The translations under genes were made by a program, and so were the position numbers. A DNA stretch of 64,000 bases from an uncultured bacterium (GTDB taxonomy: Bacteria > Chlamydiota > Chlamydiia > Chlamydiales > SM23-39): contig OY970323.1 of the NCBI GenBank assembly GCA_963716985.1, positions 1,344,001 to 1,408,000 on the forward strand, given 5' to 3'. The notes under the pieces were generated by a model. That model worked only from the letters and a program-made list of their open reading frames with translations, ran no database searches and had not been told where the DNA came from. How positions within the stretch are numbered: the stretch's first letter is position 1; each line of letters begins with the position of its first letter. Shown in pieces: positions 9,140 through 18,623 of the stretch.

Positions 9140-11515
9140 ATGGATCAAGAATTCATTCGCTTCTTTGCCACGTTGAGTTCGAAAGATATTGCACTTGTCG
9201 GAGGGAAGAATGCCTCTTTGGGAGAGATGATCACTTTTCTTGCGAAAAAAGGAATCTCCGTTCCAAAAGGGTTTGCCATTACATCTACAGCCTACCTTTT
9301 CTTTCTCAATGAAAACCATTTGGAAGAAAAAATCCTCTCTCTTTTAAAAGACTATCGAAAAAAAAAGACCACTCTTGCCAAAACGGGACAAAGAATACGC
9401 TCCCTCATCTTGCACGCATCCATCCCCCTCGAATTAGAAAAGGCCATTTTGCATGCCTATCAAGCCTTAAGTAAAGAATATCATGTCAAGGAGGCCGACG
9501 TAGCAGTGCGCAGCAGTGCAACGGCAGAGGACCTGCCGACGGCCAGCTTTGCAGGACAGCTCGAGTCCTATTTGAACATTGTCGGGAAAAAACGGCTCCT
9601 CGTTGCCTGCCGGAAATGTTTTGCCTCCCTTTTTACCGACAGGGCCATTGCCTATCGGGAAGACAAGGGGTTTGGCCATTCCAAAGTAGCGCTCTCCATC
9701 GGCGTGCAAAAAATGGTCCGTTCGGACAAAGCCGGATCCGGCGTTCTTTTCACACTCGATCCGGAATCGGGATTCCGTAAAACCATAGTCATCAATGCTT
9801 CTTTCGGCCTTGGAGAAAATGTGGTCCAAGGCAAGGTAAATCCCGATGAATATGTGCTCTTCAAGCCCTTTCTCTATAACCGGAAGATCTCTCCAATATT
9901 AAGCAAAGATCTCGGTGAAAAAGAGAAAAAACTTCTCTATTCAAAGGGAAGGGAAAAGGTCAAGAACGTAACCACTTCGCAAAAGGAGAGAAAACGCTTT
10001 GTCTTGAGCGACAAAGAAATCCTCCAGCTTGCCGTTTGGGGCCAGGCCATCGAAGAGCATTATCAAAAACCCATGGACATTGAATGGGCAAAAGATGGCA
10101 TCAGCGGCCAACTCTACATTGTTCAAGCCCGTCCGGAAACCGTGGAATCGCAAAAAGCTTCCTCTTCTTTTAAAAATTACTTCTTAAGGGAAAAGGGGAA
10201 AGTCCTTTTAGAAGGTCTTGCGATCGGAGAGGAAATCGTCACCGGAGAGGTGCAGGTCATCAAAAACATAGCGGAAATCAGGAAATTCAAAAAAGGATCT
10301 ATTCTCGTCACTCCAATGACCACGCCCGACTGGGTGCCCATCATGACGCAAGCATCCGGTATCATCACCGATCACGGAGGGAGAACCTCCCACGCTGCCA
10401 TCGTAAGCCGCGAATTGGGCGTCGCCGCTATTGTAGGAACGCGCATCGCAACCCAAAAGCTCAAAGAGGGACAAAAGATCACCCTTTGCTGTGCTGAGGG
10501 AGATCATGGATTCGTTTATGAGGGGTTTTTACAATTTGCGGAAAAAACACTCGACATCTCCCACTTGCCCTCTATAAAAACTCCCATCCTCATGAATATT
10601 TCCAGTCCGAACGCCGCTTTCCGCTGGTGGCAGCTTCCCACGGATGGCATTGGCCTTGCCCGTATTGAATTCATCATCAGCAATCTAATCAAGATCCATC
10701 CGATGGCGCTGATCCATCTCAACCGGGTGAAAGATCCAATCGTTCGAAGAAAAATTCTCTCACTTACTGCCGGCTATAAAAGCAGGGAAGAGTATTTCGT
10801 TCAAATACTTGCGATGAGCATTGCAAAGATCGCCTCCTCGCAATATCCCAAACCCGTGATCGTTCGCATGAGTGATTTTAAAAGCGTTGAATATGCCGAT
10901 CTCATCGGAGGCAAATGGTTTGAGCCGCAAGAGAGCAATCCGATGCTCGGAGTGCGCGGAGCCTCGCGCTACTATAGCGATATCTACCGCGATGCTTTTC
11001 ATCTAGAATGCCGCGCTCTAAAAAGAGCAAGAGAGGAGATGGGCATGGAGAATATCATCTTGATGATTCCTTTTTGCCGCACTCTCGAAGAAGCAGACCG
11101 CGTTCTTAACATTCTTGAAAAAAATGGCCTCAAAAGAGGAGAAAAAAACTTGCAGATCTACGTGATGTGCGAAATCCCCTCCAACGCACTTTTGGGAGAA
11201 GAGTTTGCAAAGCGCTTTGATGGTTTTTCGATCGGCTCGAATGATTTGACGCAGCTAACCCTTGGCATCGATCGCGACTGCGAAGCTTTGGCCTCTATTT
11301 TCAATCCTCGAGATGAATCGGTCAAGCGTTTGATTCGCGAGGTGATTCAAAAGGCGCACAAACACAAAGCAAAGGTGGGCATATGCGGCCAGGCTCCTTC
11401 CGACGATCCCGAATTTGCGGCTTTTCTCATACGCGAAGGCATCGATTCGATCTCACTCAATCCGGATAGTGTCCTTAAAATCATCGAAACGATCGCAAAA
11501 ATCGAAAAAAAGTAA
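9140..11515 (+). CDS. ppsA: Phosphoenolpyruvate synthase
   Basis: VGGKNASLGEM, VRSSATAEDLP, phospho-His GGRTSHAAI, FSIGSNDLTQL; ATG 9140 after GGAG. Confidence 0.95.
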   Translation: MDQEFIRFFATLSSKDIALVGGKNASLGEMITFLAKKGISVPKGFAITSTAYLFFLNENHLEEKILSLLKDYRKKKTTLAKTGQRIRSLILHASIPLELEKAILHAYQALSKEYHVKEADVAVRSSATAEDLPTASFAGQLESYLNIVGKKRLLVACRKCFASLFTDRAIAYREDKGFGHSKVALSIGVQKMVRSDKAGSGVLFTLDPESGFRKTIVINASFGLGENVVQGKVNPDEYVLFKPFLYNRKISPILSKDLGEKEKKLLYSKGREKVKNVTTSQKERKRFVLSDKEILQLAVWGQAIEEHYQKPMDIEWAKDGISGQLYIVQARPETVESQKASSSFKNYFLREKGKVLLEGLAIGEEIVTGEVQVIKNIAEIRKFKKGSILVTPMTTPDWVPIMTQASGIITDHGGRTSHAAIVSRELGVAAIVGTRIATQKLKEGQKITLCCAEGDHGFVYEGFLQFAEKTLDISHLPSIKTPILMNISSPNAAFRWWQLPTDGIGLARIEFIISNLIKIHPMALIHLNRVKDPIVRRKILSLTAGYKSREEYFVQILAMSIAKIASSQYPKPVIVRMSDFKSVEYADLIGGKWFEPQESNPMLGVRGASRYYSDIYRDAFHLECRALKRAREEMGMENIILMIPFCRTLEEADRVLNILEKNGLKRGEKNLQIYVMCEIPSNALLGEEFAKRFDGFSIGSNDLTQLTLGIDRDCEALASIFNPRDESVKRLIREVIQKAHKHKAKVGICGQAPSDDPEFAAFLIREGIDSISLNPDSVLKIIETIAKIEKK

Positions 11516-11637
11516 AAAAATTTCCTCAAATCTCAGGAGCAAGCAGCGCAGGCCCCTTCAAATGGGAAACACCCCCACAGAAGAACCACTCCTTCCGAAA
11601 GGTTGCGCGCATAGATAACCGCTAGTTCTCAAATAGC

Positions 11638-12416
11638 TCAAAAAACATACCCCACTCCAAGCCCAAAAGCAAAACCACCAACTTGAACGCTTCTTTGATA
11701 GATCAAAGGCCTAGTGCTCTGTCACCCTTTAATTTTAGGATAAATTGACTTGAGTTTATGCCGACCGTTGCCAAACTTATAATCCTAAATTTTAACTATG
11801 ACAGAGCACTAGAAGGATGAACGTGCATTTTTTTGTATGAGAACTCCCCAAAAACATCCACGAGCAGATGAGAACATGGAAGAATGTGAAAACCGGTATT
11901 CGCAAATAATCCGAATCCGCTCTTTTCAATTGTCTTGTTGACATAGGAGGCGTTGTTATGCTGGTGCAGAAAGAAGTAGCGCGGTCCAATCGTGAAATAA
12001 TATTGCATCTTTGAACAGATGGGAATGATAGGTTTCAATCCCAGGCTCAACGGAATTTCCCAGATTCTTGTTTTTTCTCCGATAGTGAGCGACCTACCAT
12101 GCCTTTCCAGGTACGCCACACTGCCATATATTTGGAGATATCTTTGTATTGGACAGGACAGAGATAATTGAACATCTTCTCCCCCTTTACGATAGATTTT
12201 GCGCATTGTAGAATCGTAAAAAAGGAAATAGCCCCCTTTTATTTCCAGAATCGGCAGTCGTTTTTTCGCTTTCGGATGGGGACGCGGCGGACTCTGTTTC
12301 CTTGAAAAAGGCGTGGCATAGGAAGGCTGATCAAACCCAACCATCAAGAAAGTGAACAATAGAAAAAACAGGATCAGCAATGCGCCTGTGTTTTTCGATA
12401 TTAATGGACGATACAT
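11638..12416 (-). pseudogene. Outer-membrane beta-barrel protein interrupted by the 102-bp MITE
   Basis: Signal-like N-terminus and amphipathic strands; removing the MITE plus one CTAG restores ...HPSRPLIYQRSVQVGGFAFGLGVGYVF-stop (TGA at 11638). Confidence 0.85.
11711..11812. mobile_element. 102-bp fold-back MITE, copy 1 (span includes both CTAG)
   Basis: CTAGTGCTCTGTCA...TGACAGAGCACTAG; near-identical to 12924-13025 and to the reverse complement of 33744-33845. Confidence 0.9.
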
Positions 12417-12534
12417 AAACCTCCATTATGGGTTTTTAACACTGACAGGACTCTTTCAAGGCCTACACGTTATATTCAGTAAAAGTTTTCATAAGCCCTT
12501 AGCGATAAGGGTATGTCTTAACGGCAGATTATGT

Positions 12535-12799
12535 CTGGAGTTTGGACTAATTTCTGGGACCAGGAGGCGCAGAAATCAGTCTAAATTAAACGTCATCTCC
12601 TATGATTAACCTGCAGAACAAGAGCAACAAAGGATGTTGCAGTCGAATTATCTGGGGGTTTGAGATTTTTGGACAATTTTCTCAAACCCCCGAATAAATC
12701 AAGCAATATGGTTTTCCGACAGAAATCGCTATAGAGCACAAATCAAGATTTGAACTGATTTTGTACCAGATTCAGACGCGAAATTAGTCCAAACTCCAG
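12535..12799 (+). mobile_element. 265-bp MITE, copy 2
   Basis: Perfect 20-bp TIR CTGGAGTTTGGACTAATTTC; TSD TTATGT at 12529-12534 and 12800-12805. Confidence 0.95.
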
Positions 12800-12923
12800 T
12801 TATGTGCAATATTTTTTTGAATAGAGTCATTCCCGATGCGGGTGATGTTCAAAAAGGCTTCGCTTCAACCGGGCTTGCTTTTGCCGGCTCCTCCCTATCG
12901 CCTTATAAAATGCCGCTCAAAAG

Positions 12924-13025
12924 CTAGTGCTCTGCCATTCTTTAATTTTAGGATAAATTGACTTGAGTTTATGCCGACCGTTGCCAAACTTATAATCCTA
13001 AATTTTAACTATGACAGAGCACTAG
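12924..13025. mobile_element. 102-bp fold-back MITE, copy 2
   Basis: CTAGTGCTCTGCCA...TGACAGAGCACTAG. Confidence 0.9.
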
Positions 13026-13387
13026 GGATGGATCCAAGTGGCTGTTTACTCTCGCTCGCTTGTTCTTTTGTTGTAGTGAAGTTTCCGCTTATCAAGAGGA
13101 GGAGGCGATCGCCCGACTCCCCCTCGTTAGAACCGGCCGAGCCCAATGAAAGCAACGGGCTTACGATCGTGCGCCTAACATTTGCCAAGCTGCCCTTTAA
13201 AGAGAGCGCAAATCGACACGGTTTTTCGCCTCGATGATGGACAACAATTAGATTGCACTTGAGTCAGATCGGTTGAAATGCTATGGTTTTTTCATAGACA
13301 AAACTTGTTCATTTTTTACATTCAAACAAAGGGAGCAGCGTTTCCTCTCATTCCTAAAGGAATTGGTTTTGCGCGCTGTCGCATAGG

Positions 13388-14659
13388 ATGAAAATAAAAA
13401 AAACATCGCTTTGGTTCATTTTGGTCGTGATCGTTTTGGGCATGGCTGCCGGCAGCCTCTCGGGAACAACAAGAGGTCTTTGGGGCTTATCATTTTATTC
13501 GGTCTATGAATTCATCGGACAGCTTTTTATTCAGGCGCTGATGCTCGTCTCCATTCCGCTCATCATCTCCTCCGTCATGACGGGTATTGCAAAAATCGCT
13601 CAAGACAACTCTTTTAAAAGGATCATTACAAAAGTCTTTGCTACCTTTTTTGCGCTCAATCTACTCGCTCTTCTGGTCGGTATACTCATGACGCTTTTGT
13701 TTCAAAAAAGCTTAACAGAGTCGGCCAATCTGCTGCTCCAAGCGAAGGGAGGCTCTTTGACAGCGCCCCCCTTGTCGAGCAGCGCGATGGACTTTAATTT
13801 TTCTCAATTTCTTTTGCAGATCATCCCTTCCAATTTGGTGGAAGCTTTTTATCATATGCGAATCATCGGCCTTGTCTTTTTTAGCCTTTTATTCGGCTAT
13901 GTAATGACCAAAATTGAAAAAAAAGCATCAGAAGTATTGCAGAATTTTTGGAAAGGCGTCTTTCAAACCATGATCGGAATTACCGAGATCATCTTGACAT
14001 TCCTTCCACTTGGAGTCTTTTGCCTCGTTGCCAAACAATTTGCAGCGACCGGACTCGAAACGCTTGGGTTTTTGGGGAGATTCTTTTTCATCGCCTCATT
14101 GGGCCTTTTCAGCTACATGTTCATCGTTTTGCCCCTCTGTCTGCTGTTTGTTGCGAAGGTGCACCCCTTACGCCACTTCAAGGCCATGCTACCGGCAATC
14201 GTCACTGCTTTTTCCACCACCTCCACCTCGGCTACCTTGCCGGTGACTATTGACTGTCTCGAAAATCGGGCCAAAGTGTCTGCAAAGCTCAGCCATGTCA
14301 TTCCTCCTCTGGGAGCCTCATTGAATATGGCGGCAACCGTTCTTTTTTCCTTCATCGCCGTTGCTTTCATCGCAAAAACCTATGGAATACCTGCATCATT
14401 ATACACCTATTCCATCATCGCATTTTTATCTCTATTTCTCTCCATGGGCGTCGCCGGAATCCCGTCGGGATGCCTAGTCATTGTGATGATCATCTTAAAA
14501 ACAATCAACCTTCCGCCGGAATCTATCGCCCTGATCATCGCCCTGGATCGTTTTCTGGACATGTTTCGCACAACCACCAACGTTTTTACCGGCAGCTGCT
14601 CTACAATCCTCGTGGCTCGCTTAGAAAAAGAAGAAGGAATATTGGAGGAAAAAAGATAA
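13388..14659 (+). CDS. Dicarboxylate/amino acid:cation symporter (DAACS)
   Basis: AFSTTSTSATLPVT, PLGASLNMAAT, GVAGIP, DRFLDMFRTTTNV. Confidence 0.92.
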   Translation: MKIKKTSLWFILVVIVLGMAAGSLSGTTRGLWGLSFYSVYEFIGQLFIQALMLVSIPLIISSVMTGIAKIAQDNSFKRIITKVFATFFALNLLALLVGILMTLLFQKSLTESANLLLQAKGGSLTAPPLSSSAMDFNFSQFLLQIIPSNLVEAFYHMRIIGLVFFSLLFGYVMTKIEKKASEVLQNFWKGVFQTMIGITEIILTFLPLGVFCLVAKQFAATGLETLGFLGRFFFIASLGLFSYMFIVLPLCLLFVAKVHPLRHFKAMLPAIVTAFSTTSTSATLPVTIDCLENRAKVSAKLSHVIPPLGASLNMAATVLFSFIAVAFIAKTYGIPASLYTYSIIAFLSLFLSMGVAGIPSGCLVIVMIILKTINLPPESIALIIALDRFLDMFRTTTNVFTGSCSTILVARLEKEEGILEEKR

Positions 14660-14687
14660 AAACAGGGCTTTTTCGATATTTAAGAAT

Positions 14688-15413
14688 TCAGCCGCTATAC
14701 GCCTCATCTTTTTTGGGCGCGGCTAAATAGATTTTCATCTTTTTCTCGAACTCTTCGATCAGATCTTGCAAATGTTTTTGCCATCTCTTTTCCTTTGCGT
14801 ATCGAGGCAGCTCTTCTTTCCATGAAGAGAGAGCCTCGTTTGGCAAATGAAAAAAATTCAAATGGCAATAATAGAGAACAGATAGAGTGTCGCTGGGAGC
14901 AAAGGCAAGATAGTTCATAAGAAAAAAATGCCATTTCTTCAGAGAAGATAGGGGCGCTTTTTGCTTTTCATATTCGGAAATATCCTTTAAAAATTGGGTT
15001 TTTTTTGTCCACAAACCGCTAGAAAAAAGAATCTCATCTTCTAAAAATTTCAGAAAAAGATCTCTTTGATTATAAGCCAAAAAAGAAAGTTCCGTCTCCA
15101 CATCCGTTCGCCTGATATACAATTCTCTCATGACATCGATCCAGGAATGGAAGATCATTCCCGCTTCAAAGAGAGAAGAGGCTCTGTTTGTCATTTCTAA
15201 AGAGGGGTACGCAACATGCGTTTTCTTGCGCGGCCAGCCTTCTAAATAGCGGATATCCGGGAAGAGCGCCCCCAGAAGAAACTCTTGGCGATTTTCTTCT
15301 TTTGAAATTCCACTCATGTCCAGCCAACGTTCGGCTAAATAAAAATGAAGGGCCGGACAGGAGGATGAAAGAGGGGTGAAAAAAAACAAAAAAACAAAGA
15401 AAAACCTCTTCAA
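14688..15413 (-). CDS. Hypothetical secreted protein, possibly zinc-dependent phospholipase C-like
   Basis: Signal peptide; early His, LGALFPDIRY, THV, FHSWID pattern. Confidence 0.5.
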   Translation of the reverse strand: MKRFFFVFLFFFTPLSSSCPALHFYLAERWLDMSGISKEENRQEFLLGALFPDIRYLEGWPRKKTHVAYPSLEMTNRASSLFEAGMIFHSWIDVMRELYIRRTDVETELSFLAYNQRDLFLKFLEDEILFSSGLWTKKTQFLKDISEYEKQKAPLSSLKKWHFFLMNYLAFAPSDTLSVLYYCHLNFFHLPNEALSSWKEELPRYAKEKRWQKHLQDLIEEFEKKMKIYLAAPKKDEAYSG

Positions 15414-15483
15414 AAAGGCCTCCTACAAAAAAGCTGGACAATAACATATCCAAAAAAGCTTTCCCCGAAAGATCTAGCAATGA

Positions 15484-15915
15484 TTAACTTTTTTTGTAGA
15501 GGCCGATACATTCTGCAGATTCCAAAAGAGAGCCCTTCATTGCCTTGACTACCTGCTCTTTTGTCGGATGACGGGAAAAGGAAAGCAGGTCGCTCAATGC
15601 ATAAATCTTAAAAAAGTAACGATGCGTTCCCGAGGGAGGACAAGCGGGACAATACCCCACATCTTGCATTGAATTGAGTCCCTGCTTGCCCGGAAAGGCT
15701 CCTTCTTCAATGCGCTCCTGTGGCAGAATGTTATAGACGACCCAGTGCACAAAGGTCCCCTCTGGCGCATCGGGATCATCCACAATGAGGACAAGCGATC
15801 GCGCAGCTTTGGGAATGTCTTCTATGATTAAAGCGGGAGAAACACCCCTCCCCTGGCAGGTGAACTTTTTGGGCATCATCTGATTGTGGGCAAAATCGGG
15901 ACAAGAAATTTTCAT
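15484..15915 (-). CDS. YbhB/YbcL (PEBP) family protein
   Basis: DDPDAP, FVHWVVYN, PACPPSGTHRYFF. Confidence 0.92.
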   Translation of the reverse strand: MKISCPDFAHNQMMPKKFTCQGRGVSPALIIEDIPKAARSLVLIVDDPDAPEGTFVHWVVYNILPQERIEEGAFPGKQGLNSMQDVGYCPACPPSGTHRYFFKIYALSDLLSFSRHPTKEQVVKAMKGSLLESAECIGLYKKS

Positions 15916-15935
15916 GTTTTTGTTTTTTCACCTCC

Positions 15936-16982
15936 CTAAAATGTATAGGTCGTGCTGATGATTCCGGAAATAAAGTTGGAAGAATTTCTTCCCCATACAG
16001 AAAACCAAATCCCTCCGATAAAACCCAAATCGGCATTGGGATTGTATTCCAAAGCGGGAGCCAAACTCAATTGATCGTTAAAAGGACCTCCGACAGAAGC
16101 CGGCGACCCGGTTGCATCCACTCCTGTAGTACCCAAAAACGTTGTTTTCATAGAATAGGAATAAGCAACATCAAGCGCTAAAACCCAGCGCTGCGTAAAG
16201 CTGAACTCATAACCGAAATCAGTAGAAAAACTCTGCCCCGGATGCACTTTCCCCCAAGTCCCATAGCCTCCGCCATAAGCATTGAAATTTTTCACCGAAA
16301 CATGGGAAGGAAAGGCATAGGAGTTAGATAAACGAAAGCTCATCGGGTGCTCTGTCCATACCCACCAGACGATTTTGGCAAAATTCAAGATCAGGCTCGT
16401 CGTGTAAGCACCGCTTCCCGTGGCATCGACCCCCCCCTTATGAGGAGAAAGCTTGTTGCATTTTCCCGTGGGAAAGGTTTCTTTCACACCAAAGAGAACC
16501 GCAGGATAGTACATCGTTTCTTCTGCAAGACCATAGCGAAGGGAGAGAGAAGTATCCGTAATGTTCATGATGGAATGCCCCCTCTGCTTATTGTAAAGCC
16601 CTTGAAGAGTGAACACTCCGTCGATCCGCTTGTCATATACGCCAAATTGCAAAATCGCAACGGGATTTACCTGTTGAAGGTCGCGTACATCATGGGACTT
16701 TCCGTGAGCATCAAAATGCCCATAATTATCGATATAATAGAGGTAGGGCTGTATATTGAATTTTCCGGCCTGAAGAACATGCGCGCCGCCGGCAAGAAGC
16801 GGCCCTGCGTACCAGGGGTCGAACATTTCCTGCGCTTCATGAAAATCCTCTTCCGCCTTGGCGAGCTGGCTTTCCACAAGCTGAGGAGTAACGGGCATCG
16901 CAGGCTCTTCGGCAGAAAGCAAAAAAAAACCGGAAAAAAACAAACCGCAAACCACCAGTCCAAAACGCGCTTTTTTATTCAT
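15936..16982 (-). CDS. Putative outer-membrane beta-barrel (PWxxGPLL family, paralog 1)
   Basis: Signal peptide, PWYAGPLL, FPTG, FSFTQRW, C-terminal TYTF. Confidence 0.7.
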   Translation of the reverse strand: MNKKARFGLVVCGLFFSGFFLLSAEEPAMPVTPQLVESQLAKAEEDFHEAQEMFDPWYAGPLLAGGAHVLQAGKFNIQPYLYYIDNYGHFDAHGKSHDVRDLQQVNPVAILQFGVYDKRIDGVFTLQGLYNKQRGHSIMNITDTSLSLRYGLAEETMYYPAVLFGVKETFPTGKCNKLSPHKGGVDATGSGAYTTSLILNFAKIVWWVWTEHPMSFRLSNSYAFPSHVSVKNFNAYGGGYGTWGKVHPGQSFSTDFGYEFSFTQRWVLALDVAYSYSMKTTFLGTTGVDATGSPASVGGPFNDQLSLAPALEYNPNADLGFIGGIWFSVWGRNSSNFISGIISTTYTF

Positions 16983-17128
16983 AAAAACTCCCCTTTTTAA
17001 AAAAACAGCCTACCCTTTTTGAATTTTTTTTTATAGCTCAATATTGCCGCTCTTTCTTTCTCCTCTGGAAAAAAAAACGGGCAAAAACTATATAGAGCTT
17101 TAAGTGCCCTAGAGGGAGGAAGCCGCCG

Positions 17129-17458
17129 ATGTCGGAAAATATTGAAGGGAAGCCCTACGTTTCCCCTGAAGATAAAGCTCTGTTTAAGCAGGATTATGCG
17201 AGAGGAGTGAAGCTTTTTCAGAACAGCCTGATTGAATATGAAAACACAACAGAAGAACATAAAAAAGCAAAATTCAAACAGGTGATGGACGAAGCATCCA
17301 CTGTAATGAATGAAACGGCCAAGCTCTGCCTTTCAAAAAAAGGACAAAAGCTTGAGAAAACACTCGAGCAGGATTACAAAGAATTTAACATAAACACTTC
17401 CGATGAAGTAATAGAAAAACTACGCACAGACATTACAGAAATACAAAAAAAATTATAG
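17129..17458 (+). CDS. Hypothetical helical protein
   Basis: GGAG RBS; 109-aa charged ORF filling the intergenic gap. Confidence 0.7.
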   Translation: MSENIEGKPYVSPEDKALFKQDYARGVKLFQNSLIEYENTTEEHKKAKFKQVMDEASTVMNETAKLCLSKKGQKLEKTLEQDYKEFNINTSDEVIEKLRTDITEIQKKL

Positions 17459-18430
17459 ATCCAATTTTTCATCAATCCAATCCAGCAGAAGATAGTCGAG
17501 CCAGTGGAATTTTTTATTTTTTCCCATTTTGCCCAAATACCCCATATGTCCCCCTTTTTGGGTCAGGAAGACCTGAATATTCTCAGGAAGATCCCATCCT
17601 TCAAATGTTTGCCGTCTGATAATGGGATCGTCTTTTGACCAGAGGATTTTCGCCGGAATGCGTATCAAGGGAATCAAATACTTGCAGCTGCTTTTGTCAT
17701 AATAATCCAAAACATTAGAAAATCCAAAATGGGGAGCGGAATAGATCCGATCAAATTCCAGACACGTCAGCTTTTCAGGAAGGTCGATTTGAGGAAGATC
17801 GGGAAATTTTCGATGACGAAAAAGAACCTCTTCCCTCATGTGCTTCAAAAAATATCGCTGATAGATGGCATTGTCGGGATGATCTAGAAGAAGGATACAG
17901 GAATAAAGGTCCACCGGCGGATTGACGGCAATGACCTTTTGAAAATATTTGGCCGCATCGGAAAGAAGCTCGCCTGCCAATCGCAGCACAATATTCCCTC
18001 CTAAAGAAAATCCGATCAGAGTCGTTGGAGAAAGAGGATGCTCGCTCTTGAGAACCTTCAGAGCTTCGAGCACATCCGCGCTCTGCCCTCCATGATAGAT
18101 GTGGCGGGAAAGCCCTTTGCCCGATCCGCATCCGCGCAAATTGACACGAACGGCACGCACTCCTTTTTTGGCAAGTCTATTCGCCATGCGAACCAGATGG
18201 GGGGAACGATGAGAGCCGCAAAGACCATGAACCATGACAACCGTTTGATCCGTGGACTTCCACCCTTTCGGGGTCGACACTTCCAAAGCAAGGACATCGC
18301 GGTCGGGAAGGGAAACGTAAATCGTTTTAGAAAAAGGAGATAAGCAAAACTGTAGACTGCAGCCAAAGATCGTCTGCAAGTGGGCATTATTAAAAAACGG
18401 GGAGGGATCGAAAGGAAGCTCTGTAGGCAT
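17453..18430 (-). CDS. YheT-family alpha/beta hydrolase
   Basis: HLQTI, HGLCGS, nucleophile GFSLGG, DDP, GGHMG. Confidence 0.9.
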   Translation of the reverse strand: MPTELPFDPSPFFNNAHLQTIFGCSLQFCLSPFSKTIYVSLPDRDVLALEVSTPKGWKSTDQTVVMVHGLCGSHRSPHLVRMANRLAKKGVRAVRVNLRGCGSGKGLSRHIYHGGQSADVLEALKVLKSEHPLSPTTLIGFSLGGNIVLRLAGELLSDAAKYFQKVIAVNPPVDLYSCILLLDHPDNAIYQRYFLKHMREEVLFRHRKFPDLPQIDLPEKLTCLEFDRIYSAPHFGFSNVLDYYDKSSCKYLIPLIRIPAKILWSKDDPIIRRQTFEGWDLPENIQVFLTQKGGHMGYLGKMGKNKKFHWLDYLLLDWIDEKLDL

Positions 18431-18623
18431 AATAGCGCTCTTAAAAACAAAATTTCTTAATAACATTATTATTCGCTTCTGTTTATTAATAAATCAAACT
18501 AAATATTTACTGTTTATTGTTAATTAATCTTAATCCTGAAGCACAAAAACATGAGCCCCAAGATCTTGTGGAAAAATATTCAAATCTTTCTTAAGATACC
18601 ACTTTTGTATACAACTGGAATTG

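Noticed and set aside
12602..12697. 31-codon ORF inside the 265-bp MITE (MINLQNKSNKGCC...)
   Set aside because: No RBS or recognisable motif; recurs only because the element is repeated.
12971..13237. 88-aa ORF in the track
   Set aside because: Starts inside the 102-bp MITE; removing the MITE does not restore a recognisable gene.
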